Assembly (NCBI GenBank): GCA_004764695.1
Contig: SMSO01000005.1
Span: 1,116,001 to 1,180,000, forward strand
DNA from: Schizochytrium sp. TIO01
Taxonomy: Eukaryota > Protista > Bigyra: Labyrinthulomycetes
Direction of reading: 5' to 3'
Length of the DNA stretch: 64,000 bases
Shown: piece after piece, positions 27,483-40,841 of the stretch
Layout of the letters: the number at the start of each line of letters is the position of its first letter
How positions within the stretch are numbered: the stretch's first letter is position 1
The notes under the pieces: generated by a model
What the model saw: only the letters and a program-made list of their open reading frames with translations
The model's database searches: none
What the model was told of the DNA's origin: nothing
Position numbers and translations under genes: made by a program

Positions 27483-30400
27483 TCTCTCAGGGTGAATTTG
27501 ATTCACTCGAATAAAACACCCATCTTTTAAAAGAGAGCTGTATAGTAGTAGCAGCTTCTCGAAAGCTTGAAAGGGTTATTTGTGTATTAGCTCCGGCCCC
27601 GATTCCGTCATGATTCTTCGGTCGTATTTCTGTGAGAACAGGAACGAGATCCCCGCAAATGCCAAAGCGTCACCCGCACGATAATTAAGTGTGCAGATGG
27701 AGCATGCCATGTCCACCCACTGTTCCTTCGAAGCCTCACGAAGTAGTCTACACAGCAGTATTGGCTCAAATCCAAAGCTTCCTTCGCCCGTTCTTTCCCC
27801 TTCAAGTTCTTCTCTGCAGCAAAGTCAAACAACAACTGATTGCTTTGTCGAAATAGGCAGCAGGCAGTCCAAAACTTTTAGGCTAATACAATACATTATA
27901 TTTTATTTCTTTAATTAAAGTATGTTTGATTTGATAGTCCATGGTAAATCACACCTAAGTTATTCAAGAAGAAGAGTAATCCATACAACGTTGTCATGCA
28001 CCTGAGACTCGTCTATGCACATTCAGGTGCGTCCTTAGCGTCCTCAAGGGCCACCGTTGTCGCTTTCTGAAGAGGATCGGATTGTGGTGACCCAGAATAT
28101 GAAGTTCTCTTTAGTTATTTGACTGTCATTGGACGTCACATTCTCATGAGAACATTGGCGTGGCGACAGAACCACAAACTCATCGTACGAACGTGAATGT
28201 CCCTCTGATGTATTCTTTGAAACAGCCAAAGAACAGCGCCCGAATCAATCAGAGTCGCTACTTCTTGCTTCCTTTTCAGGAGCCTCGAAGATCCTCGCGG
28301 AAGAATTCATTGGTTGGTTATCTGTTTACTTATTTATGTATTTCTGCGGCGTGACTCGCTTAATTTTGTTTCGTTTTGTTTTGTTTAGCCTCGGTTAGCT
28401 GGTTTGCTTCTTCTGTGCATTCATCTGGGAATCGCTTTGTTTTGATTTCTCCTGTAGATTCTTTGCGGCGGTCTGGCTGATTTAGCCTTTCGGCTTCGAA
28501 AGAATTATTCTCCAGCTTCAAAGCAGAGCAGTCCAATCTCACTTAAGGAGGCAATGTTTTGCAATCTTTCTAAAGCATATCAATGACTAAGGCCCTCATT
28601 CTTCCTCTCTTATCATAGAAGCAGCTGGTGCCTTATCATTGAAGTATGTAACAGCTAACAAGTGAACAGCTTGAAGCCAAGAATGTACAAATCAAAGATC
28701 TGTTCGGTGCCTTATTAGTTCAAACGAAGTCACGTCTCACGTATAAGTTTGGCTCTCCAAAGGAAGGACTACTCAGCTAAGCAACCTGAGGGCGTGACGC
28801 CAAGAAGACTAAAGCTTAGAATCAACAGAAAATCGTTTTCTTTTTAACTTTTAATAAATATGCTTCTAAAAATTAATTTTTACAAATGCAAACAAGCTTT
28901 TTTAAAATAAATAATTAACTTTTTATGCTTATAGTTTTATGATTTTAATGTGTAATTTCGAGCTTTTGTTTATTATAATTCATAAGAGTTGAAAATAAGA
29001 ATGTAAGGAGCAATAAGATACATTCATGTTTTGCTTCAATTTGGAACAGAGATCGCCAATTCGGTCAACGCTAAGCCAACAAGGCCACCGCACTCTATGT
29101 CCTTCTGCCGCCCTGACAGAATGTGAAAGACTTTTCATTCTAGACCACGACTATAATTCAGAAGTTTTATAATTTTAGAGCACGAAAAGCTTTGCTGTTT
29201 TGGAGCTCGATCGTTTTGCTCGCCCACTCCATTTCCTCAAGAACGCTCAAGCTAGACCGTCACATTGATCTTTATGATCTTGCTCTTTACGAATTTGAGG
29301 GGGCCAATACAAACATCACCTTCAAGCTGCGCTAGCGTCTTCGCCCGTTTTTGTTTTGTATTTTGTAAAGCAAAGCAATAAATACCCGCTCGCAATGTGT
29401 GCCATGTCACTCAATCACCATTCTTTCCAAACTCCAACCAGGAATGAAGAGTCAAGATTCTCGATGAATGGTCTTCGTGCAACAGGACACACACGCACTG
29501 TCTCTTGTCCCGGCATGGCGCTGTTTCTTTCACACGTGCCGATATTTTCCAGTGGGATCTAAATCTTTGGCGCATTCTCAACGCGACCCCTAAAATGACT
29601 CGAACAGATCACGGTCACTTTCGTATGGGAAGCTTTGAGGTCTGTGCGAGATGGTGAGAATTGACCGTTCTCCATGCCTCAGGTTTTGTGTAGTTGATGG
29701 ATCTTTGCAACGATGTGCCGAGGTTATTCCTGTAAATTTTCTAAACGGAGACGCAAAGATTTACTTTCGCACGGAATCTCGAAAACACAATCTTGCAGGT
29801 GCTTGCTTGCATGCTTGCTTGCAAAACGTCTCCCGAGAACAAGATTTGGAAAGCAGCAGCCACTTCAACTGCGACGTGAACCTCTGAGCGAGGGAAGGGG
29901 TAGAAGGCACCCTAAAACATTGGCTTCGTTTGAGCAGAAAGTGGAGAAACAAACCGCCGCCGTTTGGAATGGTTGGATGAATGAACGAATGGATGGATGC
30001 AGCCACGGCAAAGAAAGAACTCCGTCGGATCCCGAGAGAGTGAAAGCAAGGAATAGAAGAAAGCGAGCAAAGGCCATCTGGAAAGCCGCACTGAGAAGAA
30101 CACCGCGGTTATCAACTACTTTCGCGCAAAGATAAAGAAGACGAAAGTCAGCAAAAATCACGACAGTGAATGAATATGAATGCCGATGGACTTGAGCGAC
30201 TCCAACAGAGACACGGACTGTCCTACGCTCGGTCAGGGACGCTTGAGAGGAGCACGCTTGTGATCGAAGAATAGAGATCATTGCTGCTCAGGAACCTCTG
30301 AGAGATGTATCCCACCCATCTTGCGACCCTGCAGGTGCCTAAGGTATGCAGGCAGAAAATCCGAACGAATTCCTCAGCGGTCACAACACCGGACACCAAA

Positions 30401-32687
30401 ACGGGCAAAGGAGCCGGCTTTAGAAAAGTTCGCCCTTCGAAAGCGCAGTTTCACGCATTCATTCACTCACTCACGCACTCACTCACTCGCGTGTATCCGT
30501 ACGATCTCAGCGGCTTCTGTGGAGAGGTGTGCACTCACTCACTCAGTGTCCCTTCGGCGCATTGGTGGTGTGCTCTTTGAGTGCAGACTTCTTTGGCTTC
30601 GACAATGAGGCTTCTTTGGCTCCAATGCCGATTGCGCTCCTTGAAGGCATGACGCTTTACGATCAAGGCATTGCTTGCAAGAAGGGCCGTCGCAATGTGC
30701 AGGAAGATCCATAGACAGTTAGCTGTGTGTATACAACTTGGTTGTGCCAACCCTCAGGCGGCGCCGGCAGTCTAAGCTTTCTTCGTTTATTTCTTTGTTT
30801 CTTTCTTTGCCTTTGATAGCAATGATGGAGAAGTCAAATTGCCAATTTTAATGCGATGGTGGATGTGTATATAGGTAAAGTATGAAGGCCGAACGCAGCG
30901 AATAACATGGAAGAGTCATTCCGAGAAGATCTCGTAGTCAAGGAAAACGCGGCGGATCGAGATCTTGGTCGTTTTGATACGTCCGCGAAACATTTCATCG
31001 TTGGTCATTCGAAAAGACTTTCTGCAGAGCTGTTCAACTACGAAATTACTATTGCGGTAACTAGGTGAAACAACCGTGGATCTTGGAACTCTGAAGGCTT
31101 TTCTTTGCTTCTCCCGAATAGATAACCACGAAACAGCTGCAGAGCCATGGATGAATGCGTGCGTACCGTAGAGCTTCTATTCGCTGTGCTATATACAACG
31201 TATGGTTCATTTCAAGGGTACCAAGCATTTGATTCGAATGACCAAATATAAAGATCGACAAGGACAAAGTCCAGACTTCGACTGGGTTCTCTCTTTCAGC
31301 AGCTTTTTGTTTGGGTCTACATTTTTTAAATAATTGGATCATGCACCATCAATCAATATATAAAAGGTGGAGAACGCGAGACAGAACTGTATTATGTCAA
31401 CGCATTCATTACCTCTCAGAGAAAGGATTGATAAGTAAGAATGAATGAATATATTTTCAGGTTTCTTGGGCAGTTCTGGGCATGATTTCCGCAAAGTATT
31501 CACGTGAGTGAATCAGAGAATCAGCTGCGTAGGATGGTTTCAAGATTTGGAGATGGCCGAGAAAATGACAATTCAGCGCCAGTCCTTTCAACTCTTTTGC
31601 ATAATTTCTATGAAAGCAAGGTCGTTTGTCCCAATGATGAGGAAGAATGTTTTTCACCCGTTTCTCTCTCTCCTTATGATGATATAGCATGCCATGAGAG
31701 ATATCCTATCGACTTATGGTTGGCTGGCGTAGTAAACTGTCCAAGTGTTGACCAACGGAGGGTAAATAGGTCAGTCGTGCATAAATTACATGCACAGTTC
31801 AATATTTGATCAACGATCCATTTTTAATAGAGATGAAAATTCAATATTGGACCGTTTGACCTTTCGCATCGTTGGTAGGATTCCTGGTCGGTCGCAATCC
31901 ATCGCGTTGATTGACTGTGCATTGCAATAAGTCAATGGTTCGTGATAACATTTGAAGTTTAGTTCTTTTTTTTTAATGCTTGATGAACTTATGCTTCAAG
32001 ATATTTAATTTAAGAGAATAACAATAAACTTTCATTTCGAGCACTATTTTTTGTTTTTGGATCAATTAACAATATTTTTCCTGCCAGCGGGCTCTTTTTT
32101 TCTCTCTCTTTTAAAGTAAAACATAACATGACAGTGTTTTCTTCTCTTTGTTTTAAAAAGGTTTTTAAAAGAGTTTACATCAAATAATTATTTTCTTCAA
32201 CTTTTGTTTAAAGAAACTAAGTAGTAATGACGTCTTTCGGTTTTGAAAAGTTTACTGGTTCTTCATACTTTATTTCTTCTTTTTTTGCCTTTTTATATAT
32301 TGGATTTATAAAGTACTACAATGTCCAAAGTACAGCAGTCAGAGCACCTTCAATTCTCGTGCAGTGAAATCATCCAGGCTCCTTCCTAAACAGTAAGATG
32401 GTGCTATATTTCAAAAAGGAGTGAACTCGAATTCAGACGGCAGTTGACAAAAGGAAGATCATCACGCGTTGTGCACCTTTAAACCACGATGATGATCGAT
32501 GACTCGACGCGTTCGACGTGTTCAAAAGGAGGCCAAGAGAAGACTCTCCTCAGTTATAGTCATATATATGCACTTAATCCCAGCAATCTTATCTTTCATA
32601 GCTGTAGATAGTACCTAGACACTCTTCCGTCCATATTCACAATACTTATGCAACTATCTCTCCATAGTATGTCAGAAAGTTAATAAG

Positions 32688-32834
32688 TTGAATTGAATTG
32701 AATTGAATTGAATTGAATTGAATTGAATTGAATTGAATTGAATTGAATTGAATTGAATTGAATTGAATTGAATTGAATTGAATTGAATTGAATTGAATTG
32801 AATTGAATTGAATTGAATTGAATTGAATTGAATT
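32688..32834. repeat. (AATTG)n pentanucleotide microsatellite, about 29 units
   Basis: Read directly. Confidence 0.98.
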
Positions 32835-35800
32835 AGTTACCGCCCACCAAGATCTATGATGTCAATTCTCCCTTCGCCAAATCGCCGAAGCCGTCTTCTT
32901 TGTGGGCGTCGTCATCGCAGCAAAGAAAGCGCTCGAGAAAGTCAACTTTCAATGTAGAAAGAAATATCGCCATCATCGTCTTTCTTGCAAGCCAGGCACC
33001 GTCTAAGAGAGAGCCTTCAAGTCCTGTGAATGATGCTCATGCACAATCGCCGCGCTTTCTCGTGGTATCGCGACCCTCTTTGAAAGCGCAGTGGTTCTTT
33101 CTTTTCAGTCGCGGCGACGATCGGCGCTGCAAAAGGCGCGTACTTCAGGAGGACTGGAGCTGCTAGGTTGAAGTGGCGAATGGTTGAGAGTTCACATTTT
33201 CGAGCCTGGATTATAGGGCAAAATGGTTATAGCTGTTGTGCGCTTGACAGCAAAGGTTCTCGTTTATTTCGTAGGAGTAGTCTTTTTTGCTGTTCTTTAG
33301 GTTATTTTCGCTTTCTTCGCGATGTCAGACAGAGCTCTTTGCAACTTGATGTACTCAGAGGGTAAACTCGACAGAGCATGGGGAATAAACTTTATCAGAA
33401 ACTGCCCCTGTTCTGCGTTCGAGCTGTTGCGGCCTTGTGTTCTGGGAGAAGCAGAGGCCCTTCGCGAGGGCTAATAAACGCTACTTATCATTTACTGTCC
33501 TGGTGAGGGGAAGCATCGTTTCATCTATTTACTTTCTCTTTTCTTTTCTTTTCTTTGCCGATTTTAAGACTATTCGTTTATTTTGTACATTCGTTCTTTC
33601 TTTCTAAAATTGAAGTTTTGAAAGAGATATTATAGACTTCACAGAGCTTCGAAATAGAACAAAAGGTCTAATTTTGGTTCTTTTGTGTCGGGGGGATAAC
33701 CGTACCTCACTCTGTAAAACTTGTACGATCTCCCTACTTTCTTCGCCTATTTCTTAGAAGATTGGGGGAGACGGCCTTGTTTTTAGTGCAGGCACAGAAC
33801 AAGCAAGAGGTTAGGCAGCAGCATTCGTTCTTGCCACTATTTTGGTTCCCAGAGAAAACCTCTGGCCTGTCAAGGAATTGCTGAGACTGAGGTCATCGAT
33901 CTCGTGAGTGAACGTATTTTCTTCGGGAAACCTGAGCGAGAGGCGCCTCTCTCGAAGGGCTCATCAGGGGTTTTGGTTTTACTTTCAAACTTATTTAAAA
34001 ATTTAATTTTATCATTTAATTTTAGTTTTTAATTTAATTTTAACTTAAAAAGACCCTTTCACAAAAACGAGCGTTGAAAACAAATCGAAAGGTTGAACGA
34101 TTGAGTGAAACGCAGACGTCTCCGGAAAGGCGACTTTTGGATCGACAGAGCAGGAAGAGAAAAAAATAAAAAATAAAGAAATTAAAAAAATGCTTCGACT
34201 TGAAAGTCTAAGGTGCTACAGCGACGTTATAGGTTGAAATCTATTGAGAGTCGGTGGGTATCTGAAGCAATGAAAGACGTCTTCGAGAGTCGTCGCTGAG
34301 AGTTCCGTATCTTCTCCTCCTCCACAAATCTGCATTTGATTCATGAAATCGGGCCCTCCAGAGCCATCGTCGTGAACGTTCTTTCCCACGGCTTTCGCCC
34401 CGCCAACCAACCAGAGCTTCGAGGCCTCTCGAGCTTGGCTTGAATAGACTCGACGTTGTTGTTGATGGTGGGTGGGTTAGACCGCCCTGGAAGCACCTCT
34501 GCTTTCAATAAAGCTGCCGTGCATGAGAATGCACGCGATCTCTCCTTTCTTGAGCTCGTATCTTCTTCTTCTTCTTCTTCTCTGCAAATTGAGATTTCAA
34601 AGCGGTCTCAGAGCTCAATGCTGCAAAGCTCGACGATTGGAGAAGGCGAAGACAACGCACCGACTCTGGAAATGCTATGGCTGCTGCTTTAAATGAGAGA
34701 AAGACACGGATGGACGCGGCACCGTCACTCACTGCAAAAACGAAGTGAGTGGAGCATCGTATCGCGATGACTCGCTTTTGTTGGTCGCCAATCTCAACTT
34801 ACGGAGCAGCATGAAGGTAACGAGGGAAAAGTACTCAGGCGATTGACTGACTGACTGACTAACTTACTTTGTAAATGGAGCAACGCAGAGGACTTTCGAG
34901 ATCGAGAAGAGCCTCGGAGCGTTAATTTGTCGAAATAATTGATATTGAGTTATAGAACTTTCTACGGCTCTCTTTCATTCGTTATTTCGTTTCGTTTCGT
35001 TTCGTTTCGTTTATTTTATTTTATTTTAATAATAATAAATTTATACATATATACATATGTATACACTTGAAAAGAAAATCTTAAAACCGATGGAGTGTTT
35101 GATATCATAAACTCAATTCTAAATTAAATTAAACTAAACAAAGTAAAGGAAAGAGGAGAACAGGCTATTTATGAAGTGCAACCCCGAAAAATCGTTTCTT
35201 CGAAGCGGTCGGAATCTCAGCATTGGTTCCAGACAAGTGAAGTTCTCACTCCGGGAGCCCTTTCCATGTTCGGTTTGGGCTGAGGAGGACTTTCTGCCAA
35301 CGAACGTCTCTCAGGTGGTTCAATTGGTGCTCACGAATTCGCTTCTTCTAACTGATTTGTTTCTTTCAAGTACATCTTATTCGTTTACAATTCAATTACG
35401 ACAGCCTGAACGGCGAGATTTTGGAAACGCAAAGGCGCTCTGAAAAGCGCAAATAACTCCAACAAACTCCAAAGGTCCCAACCACCGCTCCAAACTATAT
35501 GAACGACACCGGGTGTCGCTCTCATGACGAGCGCAAACGCTTGCCCTGCCCCCTCAATTCTATTGGCAGGGCCCGATTAACGGTCTGAGCTCAGATTGGA
35601 TTGCGTCCCGAACTCGCTCGAGCCGCTTTTCTTTGATAGATACCTGCACTTGCACAGCTCGCAATTGCGCCGCCACCGTCGACGACTTCGAACAACGAAC
35701 CAAGAATAGACTTCTTCTTCTTCGTCTTCTTCTTCTTAGCCCTCAAGTCCAAGTCAGTCAGGCTGGTCAGGCACCAGCAAGTAAAGCAAACGAGAGAGAC

Positions 35801-36295
35801 TTCGAGTGACCCGAAGTTATGACGGCATGTCCTCTGACACGCATGCGTACAGCGCAAGGAATTCAAACGCGCAGAGAATTGCACCGGTGCGCTGCAGACC
35901 TAAGAAGGCCACGTCAGCCTTTAGGCTTGAGGCCTAATGAAGGCTTTGGGGCAGCGAACCGACTCACCGGGAACAAAGTCGACGCATCATGAACAAAACT
36001 GAACTGTCCGAGGCGCGGAGAAAAAGAAACAGAAACAGACGTTTTCATTATCTCGAACTTTGAAAGCTTTGTGCACTGTTTCAATACGAAAGATACCGAC
36101 CCGCAGCCGTACACAAGCTGCCTTCAAACGCGCTCCTTACGCACGTTCACGCTCAAACGAAAGACCGGCCTCCTTCCTTATGCCAAGAATGACTGGCACT
36201 CATGAGGCCGAAGATTCGCGCGGTTGGTCGCGAGAACAGCTTGACGGAGAGCTCCTCTTCGACTCGGGTTACGGAACTTGGAGAGGAAAGTGATT

Positions 36296-36378
36296 GATTT
36301 GATTTGATTTGATTTGATTTGATTTGATTTGATTTGATTTGATTTGATTTGATTTGATTTGATTGATTTGATTTGATT
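36296..36378. repeat. (GATTT)n pentanucleotide microsatellite
   Basis: Read directly. Confidence 0.97.
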
Positions 36379-37357
36379 GTCGGTCGACTCTCAACTGGTT
36401 TGACGTGGGTACCTGCTCAAGCAGAGGGGAGGAAAACGGAGCGAACACTTGCGCTGCGTAAGTGCAAGATCATTCATTCATCCAGGAAGCGGAGAGGATA
36501 CGCGTTCTTCGGTGAACGACATCACCGCCTTTTAGGGGGTCTTTCTGTCAGCAAGAGAGCGATGGATGTTAGATCGGTTCTCGTAGAGCCCATCTGGCAT
36601 CTCGAAATTTGTTGAGTCTTGTTTGATTGACGATGGATGATGAGCTTGACGTCAATCGCGGCCTTCGAGTTGCTTCCTCGTCGACGATGATCTTCAATGA
36701 ACTCATAGGTATACCTAGGTACACACCTGTCCTATGCGCACGTATCTGCTTCGTAGGCGGGCGGGCGTACCTCACTGGGCTCCTCTTTCGATTTTGGAAA
36801 TTGGAGCCTCGTCACAGTAATCATCGTTGTCTCTCACTTACTCACTCAGTGACTAAGTCACTAAGTCACTGCACTGCACTCTGCTCGCACAGACGAGCAG
36901 TCGTACTTTCAAGAATTGCCTTCTCAAGACTTCGGGCGATTAGATCTCCTCAATCTCTTGCGTGACTGTCTGGCGTAAGGCCCGTTGGGATCGTTTGCTG
37001 TACTTCGGTGGCGATGATGATAACGAGCTCCCTCTTCTTTCGCTAGTTTTTCTTCTCTCTTATTTTGCTCGTTTCTGTTTAGTTCGTTTAAGGTAATGCG
37101 TGAGTATGAGTGAGTCTGTCTATAAAAGCTCTGATTCTTTGTAGTTGATTTAATTTTATTTTAAAAGAAACAAATACGAAAATGCGAAATTGACAGAAGA
37201 GATATTCTCTTCGTGTTGACGACCCTTGTGGAGAGGTTGTTTCGCTCGCCACGTTCATCTCTTTGGACCGTTGTCCCTGCGCACCGCAGAGACACGGTAG
37301 AAAGAAGTTCGACTTGGGCCCAACCTTTCGAAAGAGCCTCTGCCTGAAATAATGATC

Positions 37358-37478
37358 CATTCATCCATCCATTCATTCATTCATTCATTTGATTTTAATT
37401 TGATTGATCGATTGATTGATTGATTAATTGATTGAATGAATGCATGAATAAATGAATGAATGAATGAATGAATGAATG
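37358..37478. repeat. Compound microsatellite (CATT)n-(GATT)n-(GAAT)n
   Basis: Read directly; the outer tracts are reverse complements of each other. Confidence 0.9.
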
Positions 37479-38100
37479 GGGGTGCAACGACTGTTCTGGC
37501 TGCTCGAGAGATGGAAACTGACTGCGTCTTGAATCGGGCCGGTTCGAGGACGATTGTCTGTGAACTGTTTCTCCTCCCCTCGCCCATCCAAAGAGACGCG
37601 GACAGTTCACGTTTAAGTCGCGGCTGCTCAGGAGAAGCAAGCCTTGCTTGCTGTAACCGATTTTTTTACTCAAATGATGGTTTCATAGATATTGAAAGAC
37701 TATTTTTTTTTTTTTTAAATCAATCAATTCAGTTTTTAGTGTTTTGTTTTTTTATTTTTTCAAATATATAATGGTAAGGGGGTGGTAAGTGCACGAAAAA
37801 TAGAACGAACTTGTTTAATGCAAATGGGACCTTACAAAGACGAAGAAGAAGCACGAAAAAATCGTCGTAGAAGGAAGTTGAACACGAAGAGAACCAACGC
37901 GTCGAGTTTTCAGAAAGGACTATGAAAGCTTCATTAGGCCTCCCAAACTCAAAGAGTGGCACAAACCAAGGTGTCATTGCTGTGTTGGTATGGACGTTAG
38001 GAAAAACGTTGTGGATCGCCCATATGCTCGAATAGGCAGATATACTTACTATGAAGGGAAAACTTTTTTTCTCTTCTTCTAAACTTTCTTATTGTGATTA

Positions 38101-38268
38101 GTTTGTTTGTTTGTTTGTTTGTTTGTTTGTTTGTTTGTTTGTTTGTTTGTTTGTTTGTTTGTTTGTTTGTTTGTTTGTTTGTTTGTTTGTTTGTTTGTTT
38201 GTTTGTTTGTTTGTTTGTTTGTTTGTTTGTTTGTTTGTTTGTTTGTTTGTTTGTTTGTTTGTTTGTTT
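38101..38268. repeat. (GTTT)42 microsatellite
   Basis: Read directly; source of the spurious NKQT/FVCL ORFs. Confidence 0.99.
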
Positions 38269-38944
38269 AACATCTCGCGGGCGTGATTGCGCTGCCCTGA
38301 ACCTTTTTCCTGTGGAAAGGGATTCGAGTGGAGTTTCTTCGCTTCCGAATTTACTTCTCTCTTTCGGTAAGTACCTACTCCTTTCCTAGTCTGCTTACCC
38401 CGCCAAATGGAAACGAACCAAGTTTTAAGCTTTAGCTAGCGCCGTCTTCGTTTCCTTCTAAAATCAGTGCTAAAACGAAGCAGGAAGCTTTCATCAGCGC
38501 AAAACTTGGCGCAACATAATACAGCACTACGTCAATTACGAAAGCGCCACAAAGAGCTCCATTCGGAGGTTCGTTTGCCTGAACTATACCTCAAAACCAT
38601 CGCAGGGCCTTGAAGGCTCGTCACGCCTTTGCGAGAGCCTGCGCTCGTCAGTCCCACGGACGGTATTGATCGAGGCTTTCCGAGATGGCGCCCTGCGAGA
38701 AAATCATTGCCGCTTCTTCCTTGTAAGCGGCTGATTTGGAAGCACACTGAAACTACTTAGCTCTCGTTCAAGGGGAACCTGAGGGCGGAAAACGATAGTA
38801 CATAGCACAGCAAATAGAAACTCGCAAGAACGCAAGCTCGAGCAAGATTTGCAACGTGTACTCATCAAAGATTGAACTAAACTGGTCACGCGCTCATCCT
38901 TTAAAACTGACTTATTATTTACTTTATTTATGATATACAAAGTA

Positions 38945-38986
38945 ATGAATGAATGAATGAATGAATGAATGAATGAATGTATGAAT
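38945..38986. repeat. (GAAT)n microsatellite
   Basis: Read directly. Confidence 0.93.
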
Positions 38987-39240
38987 AAAAAGTGGTAAAC
39001 GAGCCCAACGGAGGAAAGGTTTCGCATTTCGTATACTTCTCCTCGATACTGCTTCTATTGTGTAGCTCCGAATGATGAAAAGTGTGCCTAACTCAAGTTC
39101 GAATTGAGATTCCTCAAATCCATATCTGCTCGCACGCTCGTCATAGTTATAAAGCTGGGATTTTTTTTAATGGTCAGTCGTCAACTGCCATCAACCGAAC
39201 GCAAAGTGTTTGCATCCTTTTCATTCGCTATATCTAAATT

Positions 39241-39262
39241 GGGGGGGGGGGGGGGGGGGGGG
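39241..39262. repeat. G22 homopolymer (a G13 run lies at 22758-22770)
   Basis: Read directly. Confidence 0.95.
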
Positions 39263-40841
39263 TAATGTGTATCAACCATGATGGGCTTTTCATAAATGGA
39301 GCAAATCAAATCGAATAATCATTATAAATGACTGTGGAATCAAGAATCTGTTTTGCTTTTGGTTTTTTTTTATTTTTTATTCTTGAAATTGACTTTTTAG
39401 ACCTTTGGGGAACTGGCGAGAGAGGGTATGCGAATTGAAATGAAATGCTGCTTCTGAATAAACTCGTGTATCTGCCAGTCGGTGCCTACCTTCATATATA
39501 ATATTATATCATGTTTATATTGCATGATGTACAGATAGATGTAGAGTGAACATTTGTAGGGTAGGTAAGAAACTGCGCAGCGACAAATGAAAGAGAAATT
39601 GGATCGAATATCCTCACCTCTGCACGGACGATAAGGGAGTTATGCAGAAGTAATGAAAGATAATCCTTTTCGATGCACCCCTCTTCCGGAAAATATATTT
39701 CTATTTTGAACTTTTCCTATATTCTATTTAAAATATTTTTAAAGGCTGTATGTTTAATACACTTCTCTTCGTCTTCTTAATTTTCCTAAAATTAGTCTCG
39801 CGTAAAATAATTCATTCGATACAGCACCTCGATGTATTACTTTTTTTCATTCCATGACTTTGACATAGGAAGAAGAAAATTGTTTGATTCTTTTCTTTAT
39901 CCATCGTGAGCATCAATTTTAGGAAATATGACACATTCTTTCCTCTGTTAAAAAAAATGCTTTCTTTATTTCTATCTTTCTTTCTTCTAAAGGAATAGAG
40001 ATTCCTTTGGTGGCAACTACAGTGCAGATTAAACTGCGATGGAAAAAATGCAAAAATAAGAAAGAATTACTTATTGCTTCTTTCTGCTTTGAACCAATAA
40101 CAATAATAATATTAATGATAATAGTAATACAATTAAAAACAGCGAAACGAAGACTTTGCTGGTTCTTTCTCTCTTTCTTCAATGAACTTGATTGACACCA
40201 ACTATCCTCGACGAAGTATACATGATTCCGAAACGAACAGTAAACGAACAGGCCCTTGCTAGTTAACCACATACCGCTGGGTAGATAAGGTAGTCCATGT
40301 CATAGATACATGGCTAGCTAGACAGTGAAAAATCACAAATGTTTTGTTTCTCTTTATTTACATGGGAGAAGATGGGGAATAACCTGCCTGTGCTTGGGCC
40401 TCTCACCAGCCAGTGTGTGACAAAATTAGCTAAATTTTATGCGCACATAGGTAGGTATACATGCTGAGGGCAGCGAAAACAACCGTCAGCGACGAGAAAG
40501 CTAAAAGGCAGATAAGGTGAAGCCCCTGATTACTCTAACAGAAAAGGTTTCGCAATTTGCAGATAGGATTGGAGTGGATGAGATTGAGGATATGAAGGAC
40601 ATACGGGCGGGCTGCCACAGCGACTGATGAGCCTATGAGGATCCCGGTACGGCAAGGAGAGTCTTGAAATCTTGATCACTAACTAACTTGGCATGCGACT
40701 AGGTTCTAAAAGCTAAAGGAAAATGGAAAGGCCCAAGGCTGCCGAAATGTCGTTTGCTGATGGTGTGCTGAAATGGCGCATGCAGCAGGCGTCTTGATCA
40801 GAAATTTTTGCAGATGAAACTCGTCAATATGCTTGGCAAAT

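Noticed and set aside
31504-31809. 101-aa ORF with a somewhat protein-like composition
   Set aside because: GTG start, no recognisable motif and no supporting splice context; cannot be distinguished from chance.
32688-32834. (AATTG)n or (GATTT)n as telomeric or CRISPR repeats
   Set aside because: Internal, not G-rich telomere-like, no spacers and no cas genes.
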